DNA of 56,361 bases, filler included, from Catajapyx aquilonaris (lineage: Eukaryota): NCBI GenBank assembly GCA_000934665.2. It is 2 parts of 2 records of this genome, joined end to end, with 100 filler letters (N's around TTAATTAATTAA, not from the genome) between each part and the next. Parts side by side here need not be neighbours in the genome. Positions count along the whole stretch, not along the records: positions 1 to 28,129 come from JYFJ02004960.1; 1 more part is not named here. One strand, given 5' to 3'. A program made the translations under genes and the position numbers. Shown here piece after piece: positions 12,281-25,147 of the stretch (its first letter is position 1; each line of letters starts with the position of its first letter). Below the pieces are notes generated by a model. It saw only the letters and a program-made list of their open reading frames with translations, had not been told where the DNA came from and searched no databases.

Positions 12281-15200
12281 CTGTCCATCTGGCTGGCTAT
12301 ACTAATATAACCAGCTGCTACCTGCCTCCTCCTCCAACTGTTAAAAGCTGCTTATGACTTTCTGTTGGCACCCCTGCTAGAAGCTCCCCCCTTCTTTTGC
12401 TCTCTTCCCCTTTTTCCTCTCCCCCAACTAGGGATAGCGTCCCCCTTTCCGGCTCCAGCCTTGCTCCGGACATGACCTGTCTGGAGCAAGGGGCAATAAT
12501 GTTCTTCCAATAAGGGGCTTCACCTGGTAAGTAGTGTGTAGGCCTAGTTAGAAACCAAAGGGGGATTTGTTTGGAGGGTCACTGACCTTTGCAGATGGAA
12601 TAATGTCTATTAAAAAGGAGACCCCCCATTTTTGGAGGGGGAGGAATTTTTGTTGGGTTATTATTGCATCTTTTTCTGTTAGGAAAATATTATTATTGGG
12701 ATATGCTCTCTGGACATGAGCATGACATGCTTGAAATTGAGAAATGTATGTGGTTTCATGCATTGTTATGTAGGCAAATAACATGCGAAATTGTGACGGT
12801 ACAAATTCTTATCCCGCTGTATATTTTCAGGTTTCGCTTGGAATTCCCGTCCAACGTCGGGACCAACTTTGCGAAGGACCGACATCCACGCCATGTTCTT
12901 CGAAAGTTTTGGCACATACACAAACACATTGTTGCTTCCCTGCAAGTGCTGCGGCATGTAATGTTGTCGTAAGCCATAACTGAAATTATAAAACCGGCTT
13001 TACAGTTCCTCGTAATAATGATGAGCAGCTGTTTGGCCATGCTGCTATTTTTGCAATAATTTTTCTGTAATGGGTTCGATGTCTGTAACACAGGACGAGT
13101 GTCTTATGTGATTTATTTTTCGAGCTGCAGCAGTCGGCAAGAGTTTGCGACTTGACCGAGAAGCATTGAAGCAATCGCTGTGTGTTAACACGAATTGAAA
13201 AATATTGCGTACTAAATAGAAGGTTAATGCGAAGCAATACGTACAAGTTATAATAATGCATACATATTGAGGCATTGACCTTTATATACGGAAGCTGCTT
13301 TACACAGTGTACAGCTGTCCATAATAATTAAGTGAGGATGGGAAGTAATTGTCTCTCACAAATAATATTACAAAGCTACTTGGTACATACACCAAATGCT
13401 GATGCCAACGGAAGTCTCATCGTAATGTCGTATATTGAGTGGATGTAAGTTCATTGTCGAATTTTTTAACCGACACGAAACATGACCACACTTTAATCGT
13501 TGCAGCCGCAGATGTTTGGGAGCTGCTCGTCTATGTGGACCAGGAGAGTTCTTCGCATCATCAGCCTGAAGACACTGAAGGTTCTTCTTGCTGGGAACAG
13601 AAGACGTCTGTGAACACTTCGAGTTTGTAAAATGGTGGCCATTTGGTCCAACTGCTGTTCAGTTTGGTTCCATATTCGCAATGTATCTCGACATAATCGT
13701 CAAAGGTGTAGTTCGTCTTTGTTGGACTGCCGTTTGTCTCCAGATTTAGCGTGTCGAATATGATGGAGTAGCTGCGTTCAATGGTGTGCCAGTTGCACCT
13801 CCGCCATTTGTACGATCACTTCGTGCGGTTGGTTTTAAGTTGAGAGTATCATGTATGAACTCTTTATACAGTATCTATGATCATTATCGTATGAAGATGT
13901 GGGGTAGTGCTCATAATAATTAATATAATTGTCTCGCAATGCAGGTGCAATTTTCCGCTATGATGGCTATCATATTGCATATTAATAATGCCAGTACTGT
14001 GCATCGTTATTGCCTGGCATTACAGCACACTACTGCAGGTAATATGCTGCGAGACATTATCTAATGTGAGATCGCGAAGCACTTGCATAGGTGTCTTCGA
14101 ATCATTTATTTCATGAGCAGGTAAAGGCCTATGTGCCGTTCAAGTACCTTGCAATTATCTTTAATTGATTATGGCAACTTCAGTCTTAACGTTGCCGTCA
14201 TTTTGTCCAGTGCGGACCAACCGTGGGTCATTCCCATTCAGCTCTACCTCTCTCCGTAGAAAAGAGCATCTTCTCCAGTGAGACTTGCCTCACCCAAGTA
14301 CCATCCAATTGAACTTCTTTCCGCAGAAGATCCGATCTTCTAGCCTTGGTGCAAGTAAATCCTAAAAGCTTGCTTTTGCTCAATTCGAGTAGTTCAAACT
14401 GAACTTCTGTGTGTCTCTCGGATAAGCTTGAGTTGTCCTGGTTCAATACGACCAAACTGAGACTCATTCACGTACCATCCAGTTGTTCTATGTGTTCTTG
14501 GTGCAAGTAAATCCTAAAAGCTTGCTTTTGCTCATTGTCGAATAGCAACTGGCCATGAATACTTTCGAGAGAACTTTCCGATTGAACTCGCACACTATGC
14601 CAAAGGATTGTTTGTGACGATTCATCGTAATATTGTAGCCAATGAATTACTGTGAAAGTATGATTATATTGAGTAATAATGAAGTAATTATGGTGATGAA
14701 TAATGAGAATGTGAATCGAGATTAATACTATTGGAGAGTCGCAGTGTACAATTCAGCAAAAGTAATGTGACCAAATTATTTACAGCTGCCGATTTAATTG
14801 CGGAACTTTTGGAGCATCTATTCGTTTCATGCGATTATCTCCAGAGTTACCGATATGTCAGTTAATAATAATTACCCATCACAGGTTTAATACCTTTAAG
14901 GTATTGTGCATTTTGAAGGCCTGCGAAAGGCCGAGTCCTTATTAAAAAATTATTATAAATAATACTGTGCAAATAATCCTTGAAGTATTGTCTGCAATGC
15001 ATATGATTGGACATTTATATAAGTAATTACAGTGGGATCGTTTTGTACGGAGTGCGAGGATCACTGTTGATAATTTGACAATGAAAACCGTCTTCATTAT
15101 CTCGAAACCCACTTGAATCTGTCAAGTGTTCTTAGCAGTTCTCGTACCACTCGTGAAAATATGTGATTGCAGATTAAAACATACTGATTGTAATACCTGT

Positions 15201-15355
15201 TGGGTGATAATAAATTGTCTTAAAACGACTTTTATGATGCGAGATATTTTTTATTTGAAAGCAACACAGTGCAAACGTTTACAGATTCGGTCCGTAGAAA
15301 CGGAAGGGATTTCCATAGTTGTTTTTTTTGACAAGACCACAACAATTGGGAACTG

Positions 15356-16798
15356 CTAATAATGGTCCACGCCGTTGTAAGTGAATCCGTTGATGGTAAA
15401 AATCATGATGTACTTTTTCATCAGTTTCGAGAGTTCCTTCCAGGTCGAAGATTTGATCTCGTCGTGTAGATATGTTCCGACCAGAATCACTTGGTTCAAG
15501 CTTTCGCCGAAGAAGTCGAGGATCGATGGAACGACAGCTTTCGTCACGTTGCTGCTGCATATGAACATCTTCTGCAGCCGAGGCATCGAGTTGGCCGTGA
15601 ATATCCTGGACATCTCCGCATCGTCCATAAGGTCGGCCGCAATCGCAAGGTCCCTCAGGTTCGGACAGGGCGACATCAGGTACATCAAATGCTTCGATGT
15701 GAGCCCGATGCAGTGACAGACGCTCAGCTTTTGCAGGAACAGCAGAGGAGCTGACGCCAACTTCCGGAGCGCCGGAAGCTCCTTGAAGCTTGATCCGCTC
15801 AGTACCAGCGAGTCCAGATTTGGGAAGGACGACAGGACGGACACTAGGTCCACGTTGGGGCAAGACAAGCTGAGGGACGTTACGTCGAACTGGCAGCCGG
15901 ACAGGACAGAACTGATGTCGACGGAGTTGCGTACGTCCAAATGCCACAGTCGGTTAAAACACTGTTTAAGCTCATGAAGCTGACTAATTGTCGCATTTTC
16001 TACTTGCAGCGATTGCAACCGCATGTTTTTAACCGCCTGTAAGCTGACCGATCCGCCCGCATGTAACGTCAGTTTCTGAAGGCGCGGAAAGTGTACGGAC
16101 AGCTTCTCCAGGAGCCCCGGCTGCTTCAGAGGATGCGTGAAGTCCGTCAGGTTGTACGTGCGAGTACACTGCTCCAAGACGGCTTCGGGATCCCTGATGG
16201 ACAGATGCTGCAGATTCGGCATGCTGTCCAGGATGTGGATAATCTGCGGGGCACTCATGACGATGTCCAGATACACATGCGTCAGCCGTTTGCAGGATTC
16301 CAGCATCTTGAAGTGGCATGGACGTAGCAGGACGGCCGATCCCTCTATGGACTGTAGTTCCGGGCAGTTCCTGGCGATGGCTGCGATCACCTCGGGTGTT
16401 AAACCTTTGTCCGTCTTAACCACTTTTAGCTTCCTCATGTAATCCAGGTTCTCGCAAATGTGCAGCTTGATAACGTCCGTCAGATCCCTATCCCGCATAT
16501 CGATTTCGGTGCATTCCGGATGGAAAGCGTCACGCAAGTTGGACCGTCTGTCCCACACGTCCTTGTGATCGGCTAGTCGCAGCAGTGTTTCCATGTACTC
16601 GTTAGCCATGAACGGCGGTATTGAACAGACATACTCACGCACCAGGTCGGATCGCGAGGACGGAGCGAACCAGTTCAGAATCGGCATCCTCTCAAACCAT
16701 GTCGTTTCCTGCCATTCGCCACATGCGCGGATCAGGTTTTTGATGACCAAGATGAAACATGAAGCTCGTAACGTTAAGGGCGCCTTCAATCGTGGCAT
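15356..16798 (-). CDS. LRR protein with a single coding exon (480 aa) and N-terminal BC-box-like motif; probable cullin-RING ligase substrate receptor
   Basis: Uninterrupted ORF from ATG 16798 (the track's 16837 start is TTG inside a likely 5'UTR intron at 16801-16857). It has RNI/FBXL-type repeats (CPELQSIE, CKRLTHVYL, MPNLQHLSI, FPRLQKLTL, CPNLRDLAI, MPRLQKMFI) and N-terminus MPRLKAPLTLRASCFILV. Confidence 0.8.
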   Translation of the reverse strand: MPRLKAPLTLRASCFILVIKNLIRACGEWQETTWFERMPILNWFAPSSRSDLVREYVCSIPPFMANEYMETLLRLADHKDVWDRRSNLRDAFHPECTEIDMRDRDLTDVIKLHICENLDYMRKLKVVKTDKGLTPEVIAAIARNCPELQSIEGSAVLLRPCHFKMLESCKRLTHVYLDIVMSAPQIIHILDSMPNLQHLSIRDPEAVLEQCTRTYNLTDFTHPLKQPGLLEKLSVHFPRLQKLTLHAGGSVSLQAVKNMRLQSLQVENATISQLHELKQCFNRLWHLDVRNSVDISSVLSGCQFDVTSLSLSCPNVDLVSVLSSFPNLDSLVLSGSSFKELPALRKLASAPLLFLQKLSVCHCIGLTSKHLMYLMSPCPNLRDLAIAADLMDDAEMSRIFTANSMPRLQKMFICSSNVTKAVVPSILDFFGESLNQVILVGTYLHDEIKSSTWKELSKLMKKYIMIFTINGFTYNGVDHY

Positions 16799-17081
16799 CG
16801 CTGAATGTACGACATGCATTAAAACCACATAAAACAAAACCGCTATCCTTCACTTACTTGGTCTGCGCTTAATGAACGAGCTTCAGCTACAATTTGAATT
16901 ACTTGTTGAGAGCGTAAACAATGGGAGCTACGTTTCTATGTTTACGTACGTTACAGTAGAAAAAAAGCTGACATGTTGAAATCTGATTTACTAATCACGT
17001 CAACAACCGTTGCCAACTGCCGACAATGGCTCTTGTCGCATGTAGGCCTCTCGATACAATTAGACGCGGCGGACGTTGCGC

Positions 17082-18083
17082 TCATGAAAATGATCCCCGT
17101 TTGACGAAGACGAAGTCCTCTCCTGATGTGCCATGGGTGTAATATCCATTGCGCTCCATGTACGTCTTCATGACCTGCTTGTCCTGCCCGTGAGAGAACT
17201 CGACCGTCAGCACCTGCAAGCATGATCATGAGTATCTGGCCGCTATTGGACACGATAGCTCACCGAGATGTGTATCTTGTCAAACGGGATGGTCCGCAGC
17301 ACGTCAAGCTCGTCGCCTTCGATGTCCAAACTGAAGTAGTCCACACGGGTCTGGTTCAGAGCCAACATGTACGAGTAGAACGGAAAGCACTGGACGTCCA
17401 CAAACCCTTCCTCGTTATGGCCGGGCTGCAACTCCGAGATGCGTCCATGTCCTTTACTTCCATGCAGCTCAAACGATACCTGCGGAAAGATTGTTTCAAC
17501 TAATTGTTGTTACTCTACAACAAATTAGACCTTTGTAGGGTACATCCGGAGGCTGAGGCATGAGCATGTGGACCACGCTTTTCTCCGCTTGGTCGCCAGT
17601 TCTGCGAAGAGTGAAGGATCCGCCTCGATGAGAAGTCCGTTCCAGCCAAGTTCACGCTCAAAGTACAGGGTGTTTTCCAGGAACTCGCCTGCATAAGCGC
17701 CAGCTTCGACGAAGAAGCCGTTACGCTGCAATGAGCGACGAGTTGGTACGATAACATTCTTTATAATATAACGAGCCAACCTTGTTCTTCACAATTTCAG
17801 CTACGATCCTGGACTGGTTGAACTGCGAGTGGTGAATGGTCTCCGCATTGCGCAGGTTGTACGGCAGGTTGGACGGAGGGACCAGGTACTTCTCCCTGAT
17901 CTTTTGGATGATCCGAGGGTCGGACTGGCTCAAGTCATTGGGCGACCAAGAGAAGATTCCGCCTGTGGTCACCCAGTCGTATCCGAGCAGTACGACAGCC
18001 GAGGTCAGCACAAGGCTCACAAGGATCCGCTGCCTGCGAGTGACCAGTAGTCGGCTAGATTCAATCGGAAAGGTATGAACCAT
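17082..18083 (-). CDS. Star-like type II membrane protein with FkbM/Methyltransf_21 domain, copy 1
   Basis: Exons 17781-18083 (5' end uncertain), 17531-17725, 17264-17479 and 17082-17213. It has an N-terminal TM helix and motifs SQFNQS, GFFVEAGA, LGWNGLLIEADP, VDYFSLDIEG and VLTVE. Confidence 0.85.
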
Positions 18084-18541
18084 CCTGTGGGCTTTGACAT
18101 AATACAGACTCTTGCGAGTGAAAAGCATGAAGAATATTGTAGTGTCCTGGCAATGTGACTATTGATTGTTAACCGGACAATTATGTCTCGGTGTCTGTAA
18201 TGTTTGTAACGAATTCTGAATTGATCGTCCTACTTAGTATACATTTGAACTGGACAGAGTTCATGTGTACATGTGGTGTCATTCGCGTCTAGGACATCGG
18301 GCAATATCGGGTAATATTTGGTGTTTTTTTGGCAGAATTATTTTGCCATTGAAAGGTCTCACTGTTCTATACAAATTTATACTAATTTTTATTCAGCGAC
18401 ATAAGTCGCAGGTAATCCAACAGAAAGTCTACAGAATATGATACTTGTTAACATAAGCACAAGATTCTTGATTATGCATAATCGGATCCGAATAATTTGA
18501 GTTGACTAATAATGACATTGCGCCATAACACGCTGATGATC

Positions 18542-19709
18542 TCAAAAAAATGTCGTCCCATTTCTGATGAAGATGAAGTCCTCTCCTGATATCATGTGCG
18601 TGTAATATCCCTGGCTCTCCATGTACTTCTTCATGACCTGCTTGTCCTCCTTGCCGTGAGAGAACTCAACAGTCAACACCTGCAAATATCAGCATGGTAA
18701 ACACCTGAGGACACTATTAGACGTGTACTCACAGAGATGTGTATCTTGTCAAACGGTATGGTCCGCAACACCTCAAGTTCGACCCCTTCAACGTCCAGGC
18801 TGAAGTAGTCCACACGGGTCTGGTTCAGAGCCAACATGTACGAGTAGAACGGAAAGCACTGGACGTCCACAAACCCTTTTGCCTTGTACCCAGCCTGTTG
18901 ATCCGAGATGCGTCCAATTCCAGTCCCTCCGTTCTGCTCTAACGATACCTATGGAAGCGGATGTTGGTTTCAAATAATTTATAACATGATACACTCGCAA
19001 TTTGACCTTTGTAGGGTACTTCTGGAGACTGAGACATGAGCATGAGGTCCATGTCTTTCTCTGCTTCATGGCCAGTTCTGCACAGACTGAAGGGTCCGGT
19101 TCAAGAAGCAATCCGTTCCATCCAAGTTCATATTCAAAGTACAGTGTATTGGTCATTTCCTCGCCGTCAAACCCACCAGCTTCGACGTAGAATCCGTTCC
19201 TCTACAATGAGCAACACAGGTCTGTCGCATTCAATTAATGCTACCCGAGCCAACACCTGACCTTGTTCTTCACGATTTCAGCTACGATCCTGGACTGGTT
19301 GAACTGCGAGTGGTGAATGGACTCGGGATTACGCAGGTTGTACGGCAGGTTGGAAGGAGGAACCAGATACCTTTCTCTGATCTTTTGGATGATCCGAGGG
19401 TCGGACAGGCTCACGTCTGGTCCGCTCAGGTCCTCATCAGTCCAAACGACATTGGACGACACAGAGGATGAGCCTGTGATGACCCAGGTGTAGCCAGCTA
19501 ATGTGATGGCCGAGATAAGCACCAGGCTCAGGAGGATCCGCAGCCTGCGAGAAACCATATGTTTAAAATAGTTGACAGGAATGTAGCCAAATTCAAGCAG
19601 AAAGGTACGAACCAACCTGTGGGCTCGGATTTTTAAAAAATCCGTATGATAATAATGTACAGATGACTTACTTTCTTGACGCCTTAACCTGTTTCTTCCA
19701 AGCCTCCAT
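18542..19709 (-). CDS. Star-like FkbM-domain protein, copy 2
   Basis: Exons 19672-19709 (inferred), 19262-19544, 19007-19201, 18733-18948 and 18542-18679. The frame is intact, with motif GFYVEAGGFDGE. Confidence 0.85.
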
Positions 19710-20133
19710 TCCGGTATGATCTGATAGAAGCAATGCCTTACATTCGTAAAATTTATCTGTGCTTTCACAAAGAGTATGCAAATACATTAACACTGCACCT
19801 GCCGACTGATTCTGCATAGAAAAGATTCAGCATCGTATAAAGAGCCAACTGCCGATGAATACAGATTATAATGCTCGAGAGAAAAGGCATGAGGATTTTG
19901 CTTGTAATATATTCAGCAGAACAGTAATGACAACTGGCAGTTTCAACCTTTGAGAATTTGAAATTTGCAAGACATAGTCACTTCCAATAACTATTGCACT
20001 GTCGTGGGGAATCTAAACTCGCAGAATTTGTTGCGTACACACAAGATTCAGCATTACACTTACTGGGATTCAAATAATTTAATTAAGATCACTAATAACA
20101 AAATCTGAAATGCCTCCAGAATGACAGCTGGTA

Positions 20134-21376
20134 TCAAGAAAATGTCGTCCCGTTTCTGACGAAGATGAAGTCCTCTCCTGATATCATGTGCGTGTAATAT
20201 CCGTGGCTCTCCATGTACTTCTTCATGACCTGCTTGTCCTCCTTGCCGTGAGAGAACTCGACAGTCAACACCTGCAAATATCAGCATGGTAAATACCTGA
20301 GGACACTATTAGACATGTACTCACAGAGATGTGTATCTTGTCAAATGGTATGGTCCTCAGCACGTCAAGTTCGACCCCTTCAACGTCCAGGCTGAAGTAG
20401 TCCACACGGGTCTGGTTCAGAGCCAACATGTACGAGTAGAACGGAAAGCACTGGACGTCCACAAACCCTTCTGCCTTGTACCCAGCCTGTTGATGCGAGA
20501 TGCGTCCAAGTTCCCACTTCTGCTCAAACGACACCTGCGGGGCGACACTTTGGCTTTTAATAATTTTTGTATCGCAAATCATTTTACAGGCAACAAGAGT
20601 CACCTTTGTTGGGTACTTATGAAGGCTGAGGCATGAGCATGTGGACCATGCTTTTCTGTGCTTGGTGGCCAGTACTGCGCAGACTGAAGGATCCGCCTCG
20701 ACGAGAAGTCCATTCCAGCCTAGTTGACGCTCAAAGTACAGAGTGTTTGTCAGATATTCTCCTGTGTGTGCACCTGCTTCGACGAAGAAGCCGTTACGCT
20801 GCAATGGATAAAGTGAGTACACGAACAATTTACTTGAAATTATTTCGTTTTCATGCAGCTGTTATGCAATTATAGTACGAAACACTTCTTACGCAAAACA
20901 TTTCCGCCAACTGTATGCCATACAATTCATGCATAATGTGTTACATTGTCATACCGGATTGGGTATGAATTTTTATAAGTTAATAGTCGACACCTTGTTT
21001 CCTATTATTCCAGCGATGATCCTGGACTGGTTGAACTGAGAATGGTGAATCCTCTCCGGATGGCTCAAGTTGTACGGAAGTTTGGACGGCGGTACCAGGT
21101 ACTTATCTCTGATCTTTTTGATGACTCGCGGATCGGACAGGCTCATGTCCGTTCCGTTCAGCTCCTCCAGCTCCTCGTTCCAGTGGTTGGTCCGTTGTTG
21201 GGGGATCATCATTGGGACAGCGCTTCGGGTTGGGGTAATCCAGGTGTAGATGATGAAGACAACGGTGGATGTCACCACCAGGCTCAGGAGGATCCGCTGC
21301 CTGTAATCATAAATGTGTGACAATGCAAGGCTTACCATAATGGGACTTACCTTCTAGACATTTTAACCGCTTCCAT
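20134..21376 (-). CDS. Star-like FkbM-domain protein, copy 3
   Basis: Exons 21351-21376 (MEAVKMSRR), 20994-21300, 20604-20798, 20325-20534 and 20134-20271; intact frame. Confidence 0.88.
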
Positions 21377-21769
21377 AGGTGGATGTCCACAGATGCTCTG
21401 AAGCAGGAAGAGATATCATAAGTGTAAACAACGGCTTTGGCATTACCTGGCAACTGGGTGTGTTCGGACATTGAGGAAATGTGGGACGCTCAGTAGAGGC
21501 TCGTGATGTCCAGGCGGCCTCATTGAAGGAGTCTGACTCTGTGAAAATAACAAAGTATTTTCCACTGGACGACGGCTCTTGGGCTGCACGGGTCAGTCCG
21601 TTAACTGTTGTTTGGTTAACTGTACAGAAGCTGATTTTAATGCGTGAGAAAACTCGCAGAATTTGTTGGCGTACACACAAGATTCAGCATTACACTTAAT
21701 GGGATTCAAATAATTTAATTAAGATCACTAATAACAAAATCTGAAATGCCTCCAGAATAACAGCTGCTA

Positions 21770-23039
21770 TCAAGAAAATGTCGTCCCGTTTCTGATGAAG
21801 ATGAAGTCCTCTCCTGATATCATGTGCGTGTAATATCCCTGGCTCTCCATGTACTTCTTCATGACCTTCTTGCCCGCCTTGCCGTGAGAGAACTCAACAG
21901 TCAACACCTGCAAATATCAGCATGGTAAATACCTGAGGACACTATTAGACATGTAGACTCACAGAGATGTGTATCTTGTCAAACGGGATGGTCCGCAGCA
22001 CCTCAAGTTCGACCCCTTCAATGTCCAAACTGAAGTAGTCCACACGAGTCTGTTCCAGAGCCAACATGTAAGAGTAGAACGGAAAGCACTGGACGTCCAC
22101 AAACCCTTCTGCCTTGTACCCAGCCTGTTGATGCGAGATGTGTCCAAGTGACCTCTTCTGCTCAAACGACACCTGCGGACCGACACTTTGACGTTTTAAG
22201 AATTTTTTGTACTTCACAGGCAACGAGAGTCACCTTTGTTGGGTACTTATGGAGGCTGAGGCATGAGCATGTGGACCAAGCTTTTCTCCGCTTGGTCGCC
22301 AGTTCTGCGTAGAGTGAAGGATCCGCCTCGATGAGAAGTCCGTTCCAGCCTAGTTGACGCTCAAAGTACAGGGTGTTTGTCAGCCTTTCTCCTGTGTATG
22401 CACCTGCTTCGACAAAGAAGCCGTTACGCTGCAAGGGAGTACACGGTTCAGACAATAGTAATTGTTACTTTGAAATTATTTCTCCCCCGACAAAAAAACC
22501 CTCAAAAGATGTAACCATGTTTTCATACAGCTGTTACGCAAAGTGACATCATACGAAGCACTTCTTATGCAACATTTCTGTCATACAGTTCATGCATAAT
22601 GTGTTACATTGTCATACCGGATTGGGTCTGAATTTTTACAAGTTAATAGTGGACACCTTGTTTCCTGTTATTGCAGCGATGATCCTGGACTGGTTGTATT
22701 GCGAGTGGTGAATCCTCTCCGGATGGCTCAGGTTGTATGGCAGTTTGGACGGCGGTACCAGGTACTTATCTCTGATCTTTTTGATGACTCGCGGATCGGA
22801 CAGGCTCATGTCCGGTCCGTTCAGCTCCTCCAGCTCCTCGTTCCATAGGTTGGTCCATTGTTGGGGGATCATCATTGAGACGATGCTTCGTGTTGGTGTC
22901 AGCCAGGTGTAGACGATGAAGACAACGGCGGAGGTCACGACCAGGCTCAGGAGGATCTGCTGCCTGTGATCATAAATGTGTGACAATGCAAGTCATACCA
23001 TAATGGGACTTACCGTCTAGACATTTTAACCGCTTCCAT
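21770..23039 (-). CDS. Star-like FkbM-domain protein, copy 4
   Basis: Exons 23014-23039, 22657-22963, 22234-22428, 21963-22172 and 21770-21907; intact frame. Confidence 0.88.
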
Positions 23040-23344
23040 AGGTGGATGTCCACAGATGCTCCGAAGCAGGCAGAGATATCATAAGTGTAAACAACGGCTT
23101 TGGCATTACCTGGCAACCTGGCGCTCTGGATCATAACAATGAATTGCTGGTTTGAAGTGACAACAGATGCTTGGTTAACTACAGAAGCTGATTTTAATAA
23201 GCGAGAAAACGTCACCATCAGAATTTGTTACATACGTACACACTACACCGAAGATTCAGCATTGCACTTAACCGGATCTGAATAATTTCACTGAGGACAC
23301 TAATTATTATGAAATCAGAAATTGCTATGGAATAACAGCTGCTG

Positions 23345-24623
23345 TCAAAAAAATGCCTCCCCATTTCTGATGAAGATGAAGTCTTCTCTGGCCATACTGT
23401 GCGTGTAATATCCATGGCTCTCCATGTACTCCTTCATGACCTTCTTGTCCTTCTTGCCGTGAGTGAACTCAACCGTCAGCACCTGCAAAGAACAGCATGT
23501 CCATCTGGCTTATATTGGACATTTCTGGACTGACCGAGATGTGTATCTTGTCAAACGGTATGGTCCGCAGCACCTCAAGTTCGACCCCTTCAACGTCCAG
23601 GCTGAAGTAGTCCACATGGGTCTGGTTCAGAGCCAACATGTACGAGTAGAACGGAAAGCACTGGACGTCCACAAACCCTTCTGCCTTGTACCCAGCCTGT
23701 TGATCCGAGATGTGTCCAAGTGCCCACTTCTGCTCAAACGACACCTGCGGACCGACACTTTCGCTTTTTAAGAATTTTTTGTACTTCACAGGCAACGAGA
23801 GTCACCTTTGTTGGGTACTTATGGAGGCTGAGGCATGAGCATGTGGACCACGCTTTTCTCCGCTTGGTCGCCAGTTCTGCGTAGAGGGAAGGATCCGCCT
23901 CGATCAGAAGTCCGTTCCAGCCTAGTTGACGCTCAAAGTACAAGGTGTTTGTCAGCATTTCTCCTGTGTATGCACCTGCTTCGACAAAGAAGCCGTTACG
24001 CTGCAATGAAGTACACGGTTCAGACAATAGTAAATGTTACTTTGAAATTATTTTTCCCCCGACAAAAAAAACATCTCAAAAAATGTAACTATGGTTTCAT
24101 GCAGCTGTTACGCAAAGTGACTTCATACAAATCACTTCTTATGCAACATTTCTGCCAACTGTATGTCATACATGCATAATGTGTTACATTGTCATACCGG
24201 ATTGGGTCTGAATTTTTATAAGTTAATAGTCGACACCTTGTTTCCTATTATTCCAGCGATGATCATGGACTGGTTGTATTGCGAGTGGTGAATCCTCTCC
24301 GGATGGCTCAAGTTGTACGGAAGTTTGGACGGCGGTACCAGGTACTCATCTCTGATCTTTTTGATGACTCGCGGATCGGACAGGCTCATGTCCGGTCCGT
24401 TCAGCTCCTCCAGCCCCTCGTTCCAGAGGTTGGTCCATTGTTGGAGGATCATCATTGAGACGATGCTTCGTGTTGGTGTCAGCCAGGTGTAGACGATGAA
24501 GACAAAGGCGGAGGTCACCACCAGGCTCAGGAGGATCCGCTGCCTGTGATCATGAATGTGTGACAATGCAAGTTAGTATTACCATAATGGGACTTACCAT
24601 CTAGACATTTTAACCGCTTCCAT
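23345..24623 (-). CDS. Star-like FkbM-domain protein, copy 5
   Basis: Exons 24598-24623, 24237-24543, 23806-24000, 23535-23744 and 23345-23482; intact frame. Confidence 0.88.
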
Positions 24624-24965
24624 CCAGGTGGATGTTCACAGATGTTCTGACAGTCCCTACTCTGTCAATTGCGTCTATAATGAGCATGCAAATTAGACAC
24701 CTGCGAATTCAGGTCATACGCAAAGCTGAATTATCGGAAGTGCAAAGTTACAGAGAACCTGGAAATGTTCAGTGCATTTTACAATCATCTGTTAACTGCA
24801 GTCATCCTTCTTTTTTTTTAATTATATTTTTTTCCCAAGCCTGGACTTACCCAATTAGTCTGCAGTCACCACTAATTTAATTAAAATGGCTACAGCAACA
24901 CAAATAATTGCAATGGTAAGCCCCACTAATCATCAAGCATTATTTTGCCAGATATTTGTTGACAT

Positions 24966-25041
24966 TTATTTTTTCTCCATAACAGCTGCTCTCGAGAAAA
25001 TGTGTTTTTTTTTTACGAATATGAAGTCCTCTCCCGATGTC
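24966..25041 (-). pseudogene. Orphan fragment of the FkbM-gene terminal exon
   Basis: Translates TSGEDFIFVKKKHIFS, matching the last-exon end (TSGEDFVFVK / ISGEDFIFIR) of the neighbouring copies, with no upstream exons. Confidence 0.7.
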
Positions 25042-25147
25042 CAGTTTTTTAAATAGGATTCAGCATTACACTTATAGTAGGATCCGAATAATTTAATGGT
25101 GATCACTAATAACAAAATATGAAATTCCACCCGAATAACAGTTGCTA

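Noticed and set aside
15279..16832. Long antisense or alternate-frame ORFs overlapping the LRR gene (similar ones overlap ORC5, FkbM and Slo2 exons)
   Set aside because: These are shadow ORFs caused by GC3-rich codon usage, with no recognisable motifs.
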